Source of the DNA: Lama guanicoe
Lineage: Eukaryota
Assembly (NCBI GenBank): GCA_013239625.1
Contig: MU053810.1
Span: 6,916,122 to 6,980,121 of the forward strand
Direction: 5' to 3'
Length of the DNA: 64,000 nucleotides
Under the pieces are notes generated by a model that did no database searches, was not told the origin of the DNA, and saw only the letters and a list, made by a program, of their open reading frames with translations. Position 1 is the first letter of the stretch. Each line of letters begins with the position of its first letter. A program made the translations under genes and the position numbers. Below are positions 1-12,695 of this stretch, in pieces.

Positions 1-284
1 ATATGGAGCACATCATAAAAAACCAGTGACTATGTCACAAAGAGCTAAATACAGGCCATAAGCAATGGGTAGCCTGAGTAGAGTACCAGCCTGCTGCTAC
101 CTAAGCCTGTGCTGCAGGACACAGGCACAGAAAGACACTGAAGGATGAATTTTACTGAACTCCCATTTCATTATAGGGCTGAAACAAGGTGACAGAAAGG
201 TAGAAACTACCTAGAAAATGCTTGATGAACTCAACTCAATTGACTTATTCCTTCAACTCTCAACAAACCGTTCATTGAAAGTCA

Positions 285-465
285 GCAGACAGCCTGGAGC
301 TGAATCCTAGACCCACCACTTCCTAAATACTGTAAGTAACTGTGAGCAAGTTACTTTGACCCTCTGTCTCACATTCCTCCCTGTAAAATGAGGATAATAA
401 TAGTGTCTTCCTTATAAAATTGTTATGATAATTAAGTGAATTAACCTGGAATGCTTAAGCACTTA
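285..465 (+). mobile_element. MIR SINE
   Basis: MIR core motifs: tgaatcctagacccaccact...tgtgagcaagttactt...ctgtaaaatgaggataataatag. Confidence 0.75.
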
Positions 466-494
466 AAAGTTAGCTATGGTTATTTTTATTGGAT

Positions 495-697
495 ACTTTT
501 AATGTACTGGGTATTTATCTGGGCACAAGAAATACAGCAATAAGCAAGACAAAGTCCCTGTCCTCATGAAGCTTTCATTTTAATCTTAAAAAATCTTTAA
601 AAAAGGAAGACAGATGGCAGGCACACACATGTTAGATAATATAATTCTCACACACAAGTAACACAAGTAAGAATAAATGTAATGAAAAGTCAAGCAG
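495..697 (-). mobile_element. L2 fragment (interrupted by the L1 and LTR16; resumes about 2290-2830)
   Basis: gggcacaagaaatacagcaataagcaagacaaagtccctgtcctcatgaagctttcatt is typical antisense L2 3' sequence. Confidence 0.65.
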
Positions 698-1802
698 TTT
701 TTCACCATTGAGTACTACGCTGGCTGTAGGTTTGACATATATAGCTTTTATTATGTTGAGATATGTCCCCTCTATACCCACTTTGGTGAGGGTTTTTATC
801 ATAATGGGTGTTGAATTTTATCAAATGCTTTTTCTGCATCTATTGAGATGATCATGTGGTTCCTTTCTCTTGTTGATGTGATGTATTACATTGATTGATT
901 TGCATATGTTGAACTACCCTTGTGTCCCTGGGATGAACCCCACTTGGTCATGATGTGTTTTTATGTGCTGTTGGATTCTATTTGCTGATATTTTGGTGAG
1001 GATTTTGGCGCCTATATTCATCAGTGATACTGGCCTATAATTCTCTTTTTTGGTAGTGTCATTGCCTGGTTTTGGTATTAGGGTGATGGTGGCTTCATAG
1101 AATGAGTTTGAGAGTATTCCCTCCTTTTCAATCATCTGGAAGAGTTTGAGAAGGACTGGTATGAGTTCTTGTATGTTATCCTGCTCCTGGGCTTACATCC
1201 AGAAAGAATCCTACTTCAGGATGACACCTGCACCCCAATATTCATAGCAGCATTATTTACAATAGCCAAGACATGGAAACAGCCTAAGTGTCCATCAACA
1301 GCTGACTGGATAAAGAAGACGTGGTATATTTATACAACGGAATACTACTCAGCCATAAAAACCGACAACATAATGCCATTTGCAGCAACATGGATGTTCC
1401 TGGAGAATGTCATTCTAAGTGAAAAAAGCCAGAAAGAGAAAGAAAAATACCATATGAGATCACTTATATGTGGAATCTAATCAATCAATCAATCAATCAA
1501 TTAATCAAAGCATAAACATAGAACATAAATAGACTCATAGACATAGAATACAGACTTGTGGTTGCCAAGGGGGTGGGGGGGATGGGAAGAGATAGACTGG
1601 GATTTCAAAACTGTAGAATAGATAAACAAGATTATATTGTATAGCACAGGGAAATATATACAAGATCTTATGGTAGCTCACAGAGAAAGGAATGTGACAA
1701 TGAATATATATATATTTATGTATAATTGAAAAATTGTGCTCTACATTGGAATTTGACAAAACATTGATTATAAATCAATAAAAAATGTTAAAAAAAAAAA
1801 AA
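698..1802 (+). mobile_element. Young, 5'-truncated and 5'-inverted L1: inverted ORF2 RT segment 698-~1177, sense ORF2 C-terminus + 3'UTR + poly(A) ~1178-1802
   Basis: TSD GAAAAGTCAAGCAG at 684-697 and 1803-1816. Minus [25 protein letters not shown]...[10 protein letters not shown]. Plus [32 protein letters not shown] and A-tail at about 1777-1802. Confidence 0.95.
1479..1508 (+). repeat. (AATC)n microsatellite in the L1 3'UTR
   Basis: aatcaatcaatcaatcaatcaattaatcaa. Confidence 0.85.
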
Positions 1803-1848
1803 GAAAAGTCAAGCAGGGTACATAACTGGGGAGGCTACTTGGAAGGGA

Positions 1849-2270
1849 TGCTGCTGGTGACTCACCCAGATCCCCTTTCACAAAATGATATACACACCCT
1901 CAGCTTCAGTCAGTGATGGCTGCTAAAGGTTCACAGCTACCTCCTTTCCTAGAGAACTGCCTTCCACTGAATGGGAGGTGCCTTATCTGGGAGGCTGCAT
2001 CCCATTACTGCCATCCCAGGAGCAGCCAATGACTGACTGACATGGCGGACAAATGGCCTGTCTCTTTGCCTCCAGGTAGGACAAAGGCTTTGATAAGATT
2101 TATGCTCCAGTACTCCAGATGCAACCAAACTAAAGCAAATCCCCAGCTGAGCCCATGTCTTCATCTAGCTTTTTCCCTGCCCTATAATATTTCTCCCATT
2201 CCCCCTCAATAAATAATTTTCACAAGAATACTTATTGCAGGCTCTGCTTCTAACATCACTGACCCAACAT
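1849..2270 (+). mobile_element. ERVL LTR16-like solo LTR
   Basis: gcagccaatgactgactgac, ttgcctccaggtaggaca, tttatgctccag, ccctcaataaat, caggctctgcttct motifs. Confidence 0.7.
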
Positions 2271-2289
2271 GTTATTTTTTTAAAGGGGG

Positions 2290-2830
2290 CCAGAGAAGCC
2301 TTTTTTGATATCTGAGCGGAGACCAGAAGAAGAGAGCTTTGTAAAGAGTATCTTACAAAGAAGAAGAGTATGTTAGGTAAAGCAAACCCCTTAGTCTGGA
2401 GGGACTTGGCAGGTTCAGGTTCCTGGCTCCAGTAGACCATGAAAAGTGTTTTCAGGTTTTGTTTGAAGGATAAAGGGAAGGGAAGCAAAGCCACTGGGAG
2501 ATTTTAAGCGACTGAGAGACATGATCTGATTTGTTTTTTAAACTGATTAGCCTGGCTGCTGGGTGAACAGACTAGAAAGGGCAAGCATGTAAGTAGGGCT
2601 GCCACTTAAGAAACCACTAGAGAAGGCCACATAATATATAATGAGGTTTGGACTATGGATTTAACAGTGAAGACAATGAGAAGTGCATGGATCTAGGATG
2701 TATTTTTAAGAAAGAGACAGATGTCGATAAAAGAGTTGATGAAGCTAATCAGAACAACAGTTAAGTATGATTATTAGGATTCTGACTACAGGTGGGTGAC
2801 ATGGGGAGGTGCTGACATGGGGAAGACTGG
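2290..2830 (-). mobile_element. L2 fragment
   Basis: agccactgggagattttaagc...catgatctgatttgttttt...ctggctgct...ggatctaggatgtattttt. Confidence 0.65.
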
Positions 2831-4776
2831 GGAAAAGAGTGGGCTGAGAAAGGGATAGGTAAATAAATCTCCAAATGAAATACTGAGAAAGCAGTCAACT
2901 CGTATGCCCTCTTCTTTTTAAAGTATTAAATCAATAGAAGTGAGATATTATCAGATGTTAATAATACTACTAATTTTTACTTTCAGCTTCTGTGCATTTT
3001 ACAAATCTAGATGCTGATCTGACAAGCTAGACATCCTAAGAATTTGACATCATAGAACTCACAGATAGGACCAATATCTTGCCTCTGTATAAACTTATGT
3101 TTTAAAAATGCAAAGAATGCTATTGCCTATGGAAAATTTTGCTTCCATGTTCTTAGTTAAGAGGCCAAGAAGAAAATTCTTGGCAATATTAGACCACTTG
3201 CTGGATTAGTACCTCTTTTAATACACAAATCACTGGCCCTTTACCTGATGGATGAGATTCTACCCAAATCATAGGGGTTGGCTTTTCCTTCCATATTCCT
3301 CTTGCTATCTATTCTGTCACCTGGGATGGTTCACTTTCTCAACTCACTGCAAACCAAAGATAAAGCAATGATAGTCAGGTAGTCTCATTCCCAGAAAATA
3401 TGAAATGACTCACCATCATCAAAGCTAGCCCAATGAGTCACAAGCACGACTCAGAAAATTCAGCAAGAACATGCCTTTATGAACTGAAATTATCTTGCTG
3501 AGCAAACTAAGTTGATTTAAAGAGGGATTTCCACCTCTGTTTTTAATTACAAGAGAGTATTAAGACATGATTTTCAATTCTGATTAAAAATTTTTATTAA
3601 GTGATTATAACTCACAAAGTTTTTCCCGGGGTCTTCCCAATAAAGGTGTTCTGTTTGCTTACTTTTAGTCAGCAGTCCTTCCCTTGGTTCAAATAACTAG
3701 ATTTTCATTCATCTTTCACTAGTTGATTGATTACACAACAGTAATATAAATGGGGTTGATGTAACGATGACAAGATAAAAGAAAATTAATTTGTTTATTA
3801 GTAAACCTACATCATTTAAAATATGAGAATTTACAAATTTAAAGAAAACATTTAAATCCTCAAACAAGGGTTAAGGAGACAGGATGGTCCCCAGAAGCAA
3901 GACTACCACCTGCTGTGGTGGAATAATGTCTAATATGCTCCCTCTAATCCTAAACACTTATCTAGAAAAGAATGGTGCCTACAAGGACCTTTGCAAGAAA
4001 TTTGGTCCCAATTCTTGCCAATTTGCATCAAAAAATAACATCGCCAGCAATAACAATATGGCTACCACTTTTTGAGAGACTAATATTTACTAGTTATTGT
4101 GTATCTTCTAAACAAGGACTAAACTTATGTGAAGATTATCCCCATTTTTTAAGACTTACTCATCCTAGGAAGACTAGACCCACTACATAAGTGGGACAAT
4201 CAAGTACCAGGCTGTTTCATGGTCAGATATCTTCCCTGATTCCATACAGCAACAATGTTATAATTTAGGTTTTTTTAAATCATAAAAATTTTAAAAAGTA
4301 GAGAATGAATAACTGTACAAATCCCTATGTTTTCTATTAGAAAATGAACACTCATCAAGCAGTAGTGCATGAAGGAAGTATCTTTTACAGTTGACCCACA
4401 AAGGAAAAACTGCAAAATCTCAAAGGGTCATTTAGAAATCATTGAGCTTATAACTTTGGCTAGGAATGGTAGAAAACATAATTTTTTACTAATAGCAAAA
4501 GGTAACTTTTGCATACTGTCTTTGTAATTGATTAAATCTCTAAACCATTTTCTTTATGGGAAAAATCACATCCTACTCAATGTGACTGCTTTCTCCTTAT
4601 AACCTTTGTTGTTTTTATTATCATCCATCATTGTTTACTTCCTTAATGAACTACATAATTCTGGACAGAGAAGTGTCTTTTACAGCAAATGCCATAGTAA
4701 TTCTTGGAGAAAAGAAATCAGCTTAACCAAGAAAATATTGAATTTTGTCCAGGAAATAAATTTCTTTCTCTTTTCA

Positions 4777-4830
4777 TACGTGTGTGTGTGTGTGTGTGTT
4801 TGTGCACATGTGCGCATGTGTACATGTGTA
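4777..4830. repeat. (TG)n microsatellite with extended purine-pyrimidine alternation
   Basis: tacgtgtgtgtgtg...gtgcacatgtgcgcatgtgtacatgtgta. Confidence 0.9.
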
Positions 4831-7139
4831 GAGAGAGATAAAAGCAACTCTGTGTATAAAGTTTGTTTCAAATTTGTATAATTTAGGTTAACATATTTAA
4901 AATCTATTATTTTATTTACTGGCTTCATTTTGTGCTCTTTTCACAAGTCATTATACTAAACTTAGCTTTATTTCTGTTTGCCAAACCCTTTGCTCCCTCA
5001 TTCAGTGACTTGGTTATATAGAGCTAATAAACTAGCGATGAAAAGGGAGTTAGGGAAGCTTGCACTGAAAAGCATAGCTAGATCTAAGGCCAGTGAAATG
5101 CTTTAAACTGTCTACTCATCATGGGAAAATTTATCCAAAAGAAAGGAAAGAAATGTCCATTCAAAGTAACCTTGAAAGATTGTTTTTTAAGACAAAAGGA
5201 ACAATCAGCTTATTCCAAGTAGACATTCTAAATTCTAAAGCAAATGGAATTATTGATTTAAATGCTTCCTTAAAATGCATTATTGTATGTTAACTTTGGT
5301 TCTATACTCTTTGCTAACATCTAATATATAAAAATGTATGTTATAAAAAGTAGCCCCATGAATTTATGAGTTGCACATTTGATACCAGAGTGATGTTGAA
5401 GCCACTGTATTCTCTTTACAATGACAAACAAAAGAAATTTCTATATGACCTCAGGATTAAGAACACTTGTCCCTTCTCCTAAACAACTGGCCTTTTTAAA
5501 TCTGTAGTTTACTGTAAGTCAGGAATAGATCCCATTTCCCTCTTTGTGTGGCTGCTCAAAAATAAATCTATAGCCTACATTTAGAATCTAATGGCATATG
5601 TTTTGTATATTACCTCATACATTTCTTATTTTCCTACTCTTCTCTTTCTCTTGAATTTTCTTTGATTTTTTTGTTTTTTGTTTGTTATCTTGTCCTATTG
5701 TGCCTCTCTTCATAAGCTGACAAATTTTTTATAAGATGAAGAGATATGGCAATTCATAATACAAAAATTATAATATGATACACATTATGACTGCAATTAT
5801 GTTAAAGATATGGCTGCATGCAGAAGGCAATGTGCAACTATTAAGTGCATCATGGCATTAGTATAATAAACATTTTAATTTTTTCTAATTATGACATTCT
5901 CTTCATTAAGTTTTTACATATTTTGGTTAAATTTCTTTTACAGTAGAAAATTATTTTTAATGTGCCGTACTTTGAGGTCCCTATACAACCAAAGAAATAT
6001 ATTTGGTTCACTTAAGATGGGGTTTTAATTCAACATTTCAAAAGGAAATTTTATTTGCATAATATACAGTTATCTAGAAGAACTAAATAAAATTACCCTA
6101 CTTGGGTTCAAAGTGAGAGAATATATAGTAAGACAAACAAATAGAAGAAAATACTCCATGAAATGCCTTGCCTTATACATAGGAACACCTCCCTGCTACA
6201 AATTCATCACCATCTGACTATCTAGTATACCTCTATTGCTAATGACAAAAAAACTACATTTTTTGACTATTATTTTATATGACTATTCATCTATTTCTCC
6301 CTTGGATGCTTTCTACTGCCCTTCCCTTTCCTTTTGAAATCACGTTTTCTTTTTCCTTGAACTGATATATTATTTTAAGGTTTCACCATCATGTGAATTT
6401 TCCTCTTTTGCTTTTAAGCTTTACTAATGGATTTTGTAGACGTTAGTACAACTTTAAACACTGGATTACATACATTATTAACTATCTTCCCTTGTAATTT
6501 TCTTCTTAAATTCTAACCTCTGAGGACAAAATTTTCCCAGAGTATCCCAAATGATACACTTCAAGAAGACAGCAGTAATAGGAATTCAATTCTGTTAGAA
6601 AATCAGAGAGGTAGTATATGGAATTATTTTCTAAAAGTCAGTGTTATGAAATGCCTTTGAGATGCTGGATAAAAAGAGCCATACTAAATCTGAGTAAGTT
6701 TTCCTATCTTTTGCTTTTTCTATGTTGTGTGGGTTTTGACTATAATGCCAGCCAATCCTATATTCAGTTATTTAACCTTGACATTCTAAGCAATGTTACC
6801 TTGTGTTTGTTATGATTTTATGACTTCATAGGGTCACTAATTGCATGATTATTTTATTATCAAGGTAATTAATGAAATGTTAATTAACATGGCTCATAAT
6901 GAAGACTTAGAGGATCCAATTTCTTATAATTAATTGCAGTCTTGATTTGTCATTCTATCTCCATATCTTATTCATGAATTTAAAACAAGCATTTCTCTAA
7001 GGTTATTATCAACAATCACAAAAAGATGGTTTTCAAAATTCAAATTACATTTTTCATAATCCTTTGATATATAGTTTCTTTAAAACAATGACATTTGTGG
7101 ATCTGTACCAGCTCTTGATGCACACTTATAAAATATTTG

Positions 7140-7425
7140 AGTGTTACTCCCTTTGCCTGGAATGCTTTCTCCTCACCTGCTTAGTGGATTTTTACTCCTA
7201 TTTTAAATCTGGGCCCTGTGAATCTTCTGACTCTCTCCTGTATGATTCTCCTACACTACATTCATACATTTGGTTGCATGTCACAATTATTTACACATCA
7301 AGCCCCATACTAGAACATGTACTCACTGGGAAGCAGCAATGTCCTATTCAACTCTGCGTCCCCAGTGCCCATCCTTGTGTCTTGCATATAAAAGAAGTTC
7401 AATAAATGTTTATGGGTGAATAAAC
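7140..7425 (+). mobile_element. L2 3' end
   Basis: tttgcctggaatgctttctcc...ccccagtgcc...ttcaataaatgtttatgggtgaataaa. Confidence 0.7.
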
Positions 7426-8679
7426 TGTCTAGTTTGATCCACATGTACCATGAAGTGAAGGTGAAAAAACAGAGGCTCAAAAATATTAAAACATTTGCTA
7501 GAGGCCAAGTTGCTAGTAAGTCACAAAACATGACTAAGTTTTCTGCCTCCTCTCCCACTATACTCTCCTATATATATGTCAGCATCACAGAAAAGTGGAA
7601 AAGAAAGAGAAAGGAAGAATATAAGATAGAAATTCTGCCGTTAAATGGTATGTGAATTTCCTTAAGCACTGTATCAAGCAGAAGGGAAGAGTTAGGAATA
7701 GGACTATGATCATGAATGAACTATATATTTAAGATTCATTCATTCCAAGGACTGATAAGGGTTAGTTATTATTCTGGAAAAAGCCCGAGTGGAACAAATG
7801 GCTTATATAATCAAGTATATTAGTTAACAAACAACTACAGGGAAAGAACTTTTGACAGTTCCAATCTATGTGTATTTACTTGTTTTTCTGTCTGAACAAG
7901 GATAGCTGTTTTAATTTTGCATGAGTTCTGTTCTTGGCCTATAGAAGTAGATGTGACATAATTAAACAGCAATCTGAAAATTACGCTCACCTTCATCGCT
8001 TGAGCTGAAACTAAATAAATTCTAGTCTAAATAAGGGGAATAACTGAAAAATGAACCTCTAAGACTAGAAAACCTAGAAGGATTAAGATTCTATATTTGA
8101 ATACATTTTCTCCCAGCAACATAAAGTGAAAAGAAAATCAAGCGATCATATTTTCCCCCCAAAAATAAATTGAATGAAAATCAAATAGGTGAATTTAAAT
8201 AAGTTCCAGGAGTACTGGAACTGTACTACCATTAGTAGTTAAATGTTATTATTAAGTAAAATTAGAATGAGAAATGGAAGATCTTGGTTCTGTATTAAAT
8301 CAGCCACAAACTGTGTTTAGCCCTTGATAACGCCTTTAACTCATCTGTTTAAGGTTTCATTTATTAAAAAAAAGAGCAGAACTAAATAAATGCTCCTCAG
8401 AACTCTCAGTTACCCTGATTTGTGATCCTTTTATACTTTTTTTCTTGAGAAGCAATAAAGCTTAGTGATATGAAAACATGGGTTCAAACTCTAAATTTAG
8501 TCCTCAAAAAGTGGGTGATTGATGCTTGAATAGTATGTCTTTTTCAATGTCCTTATTTTTTTTACACCTTAAATTTGCACAATGTTATATGTCAAATATA
8601 TTTCAGTAATTTTTTTTAAACAAAAACCACTGCAAACAGAGAGAGAGAGAGAGAGAAAGACAGAGGAAAGAATTGAGAG

Positions 8680-9860
8680 AGTCAGACTCCTGATCCAGAT
8701 CTTTTACTGGTAAATTCTATCAAACATTTAAGGAAGAAATAATGCCAACTCTACACAAACTCTCCCAGAAAACGTAAGAGAATTAAACACTTCCCAAATC
8801 ACTTTTAGGAGCCAGTATTACTCTGATGCTAAAACCAGACAGACATTACAACAAAACTAGAGACTGACATGTCTTATCATGGGTGCAAAAATTCTCAACA
8901 AAATATTAGAAACTAAAATGAGCAACCTATATTAAGGCTAGTAAATCACAAACAAGGATGTTCAGAATATATAAAGAACTGTGATAATTCAAATTAAGAA
9001 AATAAACAATCCAATTAGAAAGTGAGCAACAGCAACAAAAATTAAACAGAAACTTCACCAAGAAGACATATAGATAAGCACATGAAAGTATGTTCAATTT
9101 CCTTAATCATTAGGGCAATACAAATTAAATCACAAATTAAAACCACAAGTACACGCCATCATATATCTATTAGACTGGCTAACATGTTTTTAAAAATTGA
9201 AAGTTGCAAGTGCTGGTGAAGACGCAAAACAGATGCAATCCTCTGATACTGCTAGTGGGAATGCAAAATGATACAGCTACTTTGGGAAACAGTATGGCTG
9301 GTGGTTTGGTTTTGTTTTGTTTTGTTTTAAGGCTTGAAATGCATTTACGTTTGCCAATCCGACTCCTAGTACTTACCAAGAGAAATTAAACTTATGTTCA
9401 CACAGAAACCTGTACATGAATATTTATGCATAATTGTTAAAAACTGGAAACATCTCAGATGTTCTTCAAGGGGTGAATGGATACACAAAACTGTGGTATA
9501 CCCAAACAAGGGAATGCTACTTAACAACAAAAAGAAACAAACTATTGACACATATAGTATGAACATTTATCAAATGTATTATATTAAATGAAAGAATCTA
9601 GATACAAAGGGCTAAATACTGTATGGCTTCATTTACATGACTTTGTGGAAAAGGCAAAATTTCAGGGCCAGAGAACAGAATCAATGGTTGCCAGAAGTTT
9701 CAAGGAGTGGGGACTAGCTAACCGAAAAGTGACAACACAAAGAAATTTGGGAGAATGATTGATCTGTGACTTGATTATGACAGATACTCAACTCTATGTA
9801 TCAAAACTCATAGATACTAAAAACAGTTCATTTTCATCCATGTAAATTTTAAAATAAAGC
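8680..9860 (+). mobile_element. Old L1 (L1MC/ME-like) ORF2 fragments and 3'UTR, internally deleted
   Basis: ggtaaattctatcaaacatttaaggaagaaataatgcca; gcaaaaattctcaacaaaatattag; ggaatgcaaaatgatacagctactttgg; aactggaaacatctcagatgttc. Confidence 0.85.
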
Positions 9861-9949
9861 TTAAATTTGTAGAAGAAAAGAATTAATTAAAGTTGTTCTT
9901 ATTTGGATATTTCTAACCCTACACTGGTATCCTTGTGATGGGTCTCTTT

Positions 9950-10560
9950 ACATTTTATACTCAGGTGAGAAACATCACCAGAAATTTGTCAATTTTATTC
10001 ATTTAACTTTAGGTTTTATTGGCCCTCTGTATTGTCTTCTATTTCATTAATTTTGCTCTTCACTGTGTTCTTCCTTCTATCTTTGAGTTTATTAGCTTAT
10101 TCTACTTTTTCCTAACTTCCTATGTTAGACACTTAACTCATTTATTTTCAGCCTTTTTTTTTTCTATTATAAGCATTTAAGGTTACAGGGTCACTTCCAA
10201 GTGCCACCTTTACTATATCCCCAAACTTTGATTTATATTATTTTCATTATTGTTTAATTCTAGGTATTTTTAAAATTTCCATTTTGCTTTCTTATTTTAC
10301 CCATGAGTTATTTAGAAGTAATTTAGATAAAAAGACAGAGAGAGGATTAGTTCTTTCTTTTTTTTTTTTTAACTGATGACTATTTTAACTGCATGGGCAG
10401 TGCACGTGGTGTGGTCAGTATAAAACTGCTCTTTAAACCTGACTGAAGTTGATTCATGGCTTCACGGTCAATTTTTCTAAATGTTTCCTCTTTTGTAAAT
10501 GACTAAGAAAAACAATATAGTCCATAATTTCAAGATGAAGAGTTTGGTTTTTGTGCATTG
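9950..10560 (-). mobile_element. Old L1 (L1ME-like) ORF2 fragment
   Basis: tttgtcaattttatt...tctatttcattaatttt...ttttacccatgagttatttagaagt...ggtcaattttt. Confidence 0.65.
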
Positions 10561-11552
10561 TGTCCAAGTTCTCAACTGTGGGGTTAATCTTCTATTTCCT
10601 TATTAACTGCCAAGTTCCCAAACTTGCTTACCTCTCTGTTTCAACTCCGTAATTGCTTGAGGTTTGAATTTTGTTTTAGATTTGTTTCTAAAATTTTGTT
10701 TTTGGAACTTGAAGATTTCGCTGACTTTTTTACAAAGTCAGCTATTCAATGAAAATTATGTTTATTTTATTTTATCCAGCTTTTCAGAGTATCATATGAA
10801 TCATTCTGCCAGCAATAGAAGGCTTTTGTTGCCTTTTTTCCTCTGCAGGAGCTGATAGTACTATCCTACTCATTATAGCTCTGCTCAAAAACTCCTGTTA
10901 CTTTTTAGTTTTCTTTGAAAAGTTTCAATTAAGATCAAATTAATAGATGGATGCTTTTAATACTCTGGGTTTGTGTGTGTATGGCAGGGGATGGGGGGGT
11001 GGAGGTCCTAGAACATATGTTTCACTGCTCTTACTGCTTCTGTGACACATCTGTTCCCAAATCATTCTACTTGCCTTCACTTTTCTTGATTCAAAATCTG
11101 AAGTTAATTCAGGTGAGTTTCTTGCTTAGGTTTGTATGGAGAAAGCATTTTTCTTCATTCAAAATGCTCTCAGCAGATTCTGCTCTTCAGGACTACTATT
11201 TTTCATGCACAAAATGTGACACTTCTCTCACTCAAGTTAAAGTATTCCTCTTGCCTTATCTCTTTACAGACAAGATTCATCTACAGGTATTTCTACTGAT
11301 CTGTTTGGACTAATGTTCTGTGTTTCTTAGTTCTCTGTCTAGATTTTTAGAGAAGAATGATTTTATTACAACAGTACATTATCAAAATGGCCTATATCCA
11401 AATTCAAATAACTACCCACTTGAGTTGTCACATGATCAGGAAGGACAAAGACCTTGTTACTCTGCCCCAGGCACTATTTTGAATATATCCAACAACCATC
11501 AATTAAATTTCCCAAAGGAAGAAACAAAAAGCAGTTTTATTTTATTTGGGGT

Positions 11553-11575
11553 TGTGTGTGTGTGTGTGTGTGTGT
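11553..11575. repeat. (TG)n microsatellite
   Basis: tgtgtgtgtgtgtgtgtgtgtgt. Confidence 0.9.
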
Positions 11576-12009
11576 TTGCTAAATCAAAACTGAGTGAAAG
11601 AAGAGTCCAGTAAATATAACAGGAAGCAGGTGAATTCTGCCCCAAGTACAGTAATAGAAATATCCAGATTTTAATCAGCAGAATTCACACTGATCAGTGT
11701 TATTACAGTGCATGCTAATTAAATATACCATGCCTTGACACCTAAAATAAAGTGTTACCAAATTCAACCTCAAGCAAAAGGGATCTAATTCCTTTGAAAG
11801 CTACAGTTTGCACCAAAATTCACTCAATAAGAAACGTGTTGTTAGAATGCTGTTTTCCCACAACATACTATAAATAGAAACAGGTCTAGGAAAGCAGTGA
11901 GACTACTAAGAACACTAAATAATGATGTTCTAGCCACAAAACAATTTTCTCTTAAAGGAAGTAATTGTAATATACAATATGTTTATAATAACTTGCCCTA
12001 AAAAGATCA

Positions 12010-12150
12010 ATGGTCTGGAAGTCAGGATACCTGGGTCCCTATTTAAGCTCTGACAACAATTAGGAGTATGACCTTGGACAAATCACATAACCTATCTAGG
12101 CATCATTTTCTCTACATGTAAAATGACAGAACTGAGCAAAATGATCTAGT
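12010..12150 (+). mobile_element. MIR-family SINE
   Basis: ctggaagtcaggatacctgggtcc...gtatgaccttggacaaatcacataacct...catgtaaaatga. Confidence 0.7.
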
Positions 12151-12532
12151 TTTCCTTCTGGGTACAAGTTATATAAATTTTTTCATTGTGTACTTTCTTT
12201 CTCAATAGAAGGGGGCTATAGAAATGAAAGTCACTATCATGTCCATTCTTTGGTGCCATGTCTGGGTTGGGGCAATGAGAGATGGTAAGGAGGCCTGGCA
12301 GCATTCAAGTATCAAACATCCACCTCTCCATTTTCCCTTTGAAAATGTCTCTGGTTTCTCTTTCAGGCAACATATGAAGGAAAAGTGTTGAAAAGACTGC
12401 TATTGGTATGAAAGTCATTTGTCTCTTCTGCTCCTATAGTTGTTAATGAGGAGCTAAGGTAGAGAACAAGAGACTGTTTCAAGAATTCAGTGGGAGGAGG
12501 TCTATAAAAGGAAAAGGATTACTACTTAATAA

Positions 12533-12695
12533 AGCAATGGTTCTCAATGTTTAGTGTATATTGGAATACCCTGAGGTTCCTATTAAGTCAGGAATTGGGT
12601 CAGTTTGAGAAGAACCTCAAAAATCTGTGTTTTTGACAAACAACTCTGAAGATTTTGATGGAGGCAGTCCTGGACTATATTTTGAAAACACACTT
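12533..12695. mobile_element. MER5-type hAT-Charlie MITE
   Basis: agcaatggttctcaa...aatctgtgtttttgacaaac...gattttgatg...tttgaaaacacact with degenerate TIRs. Confidence 0.6.

Noticed and set aside
914..1480. ORFs of 73 and 103 aa with strong protein-like sequence
   Set aside because: They are L1 ORF2 fragments of the inverted insertion, not host genes.
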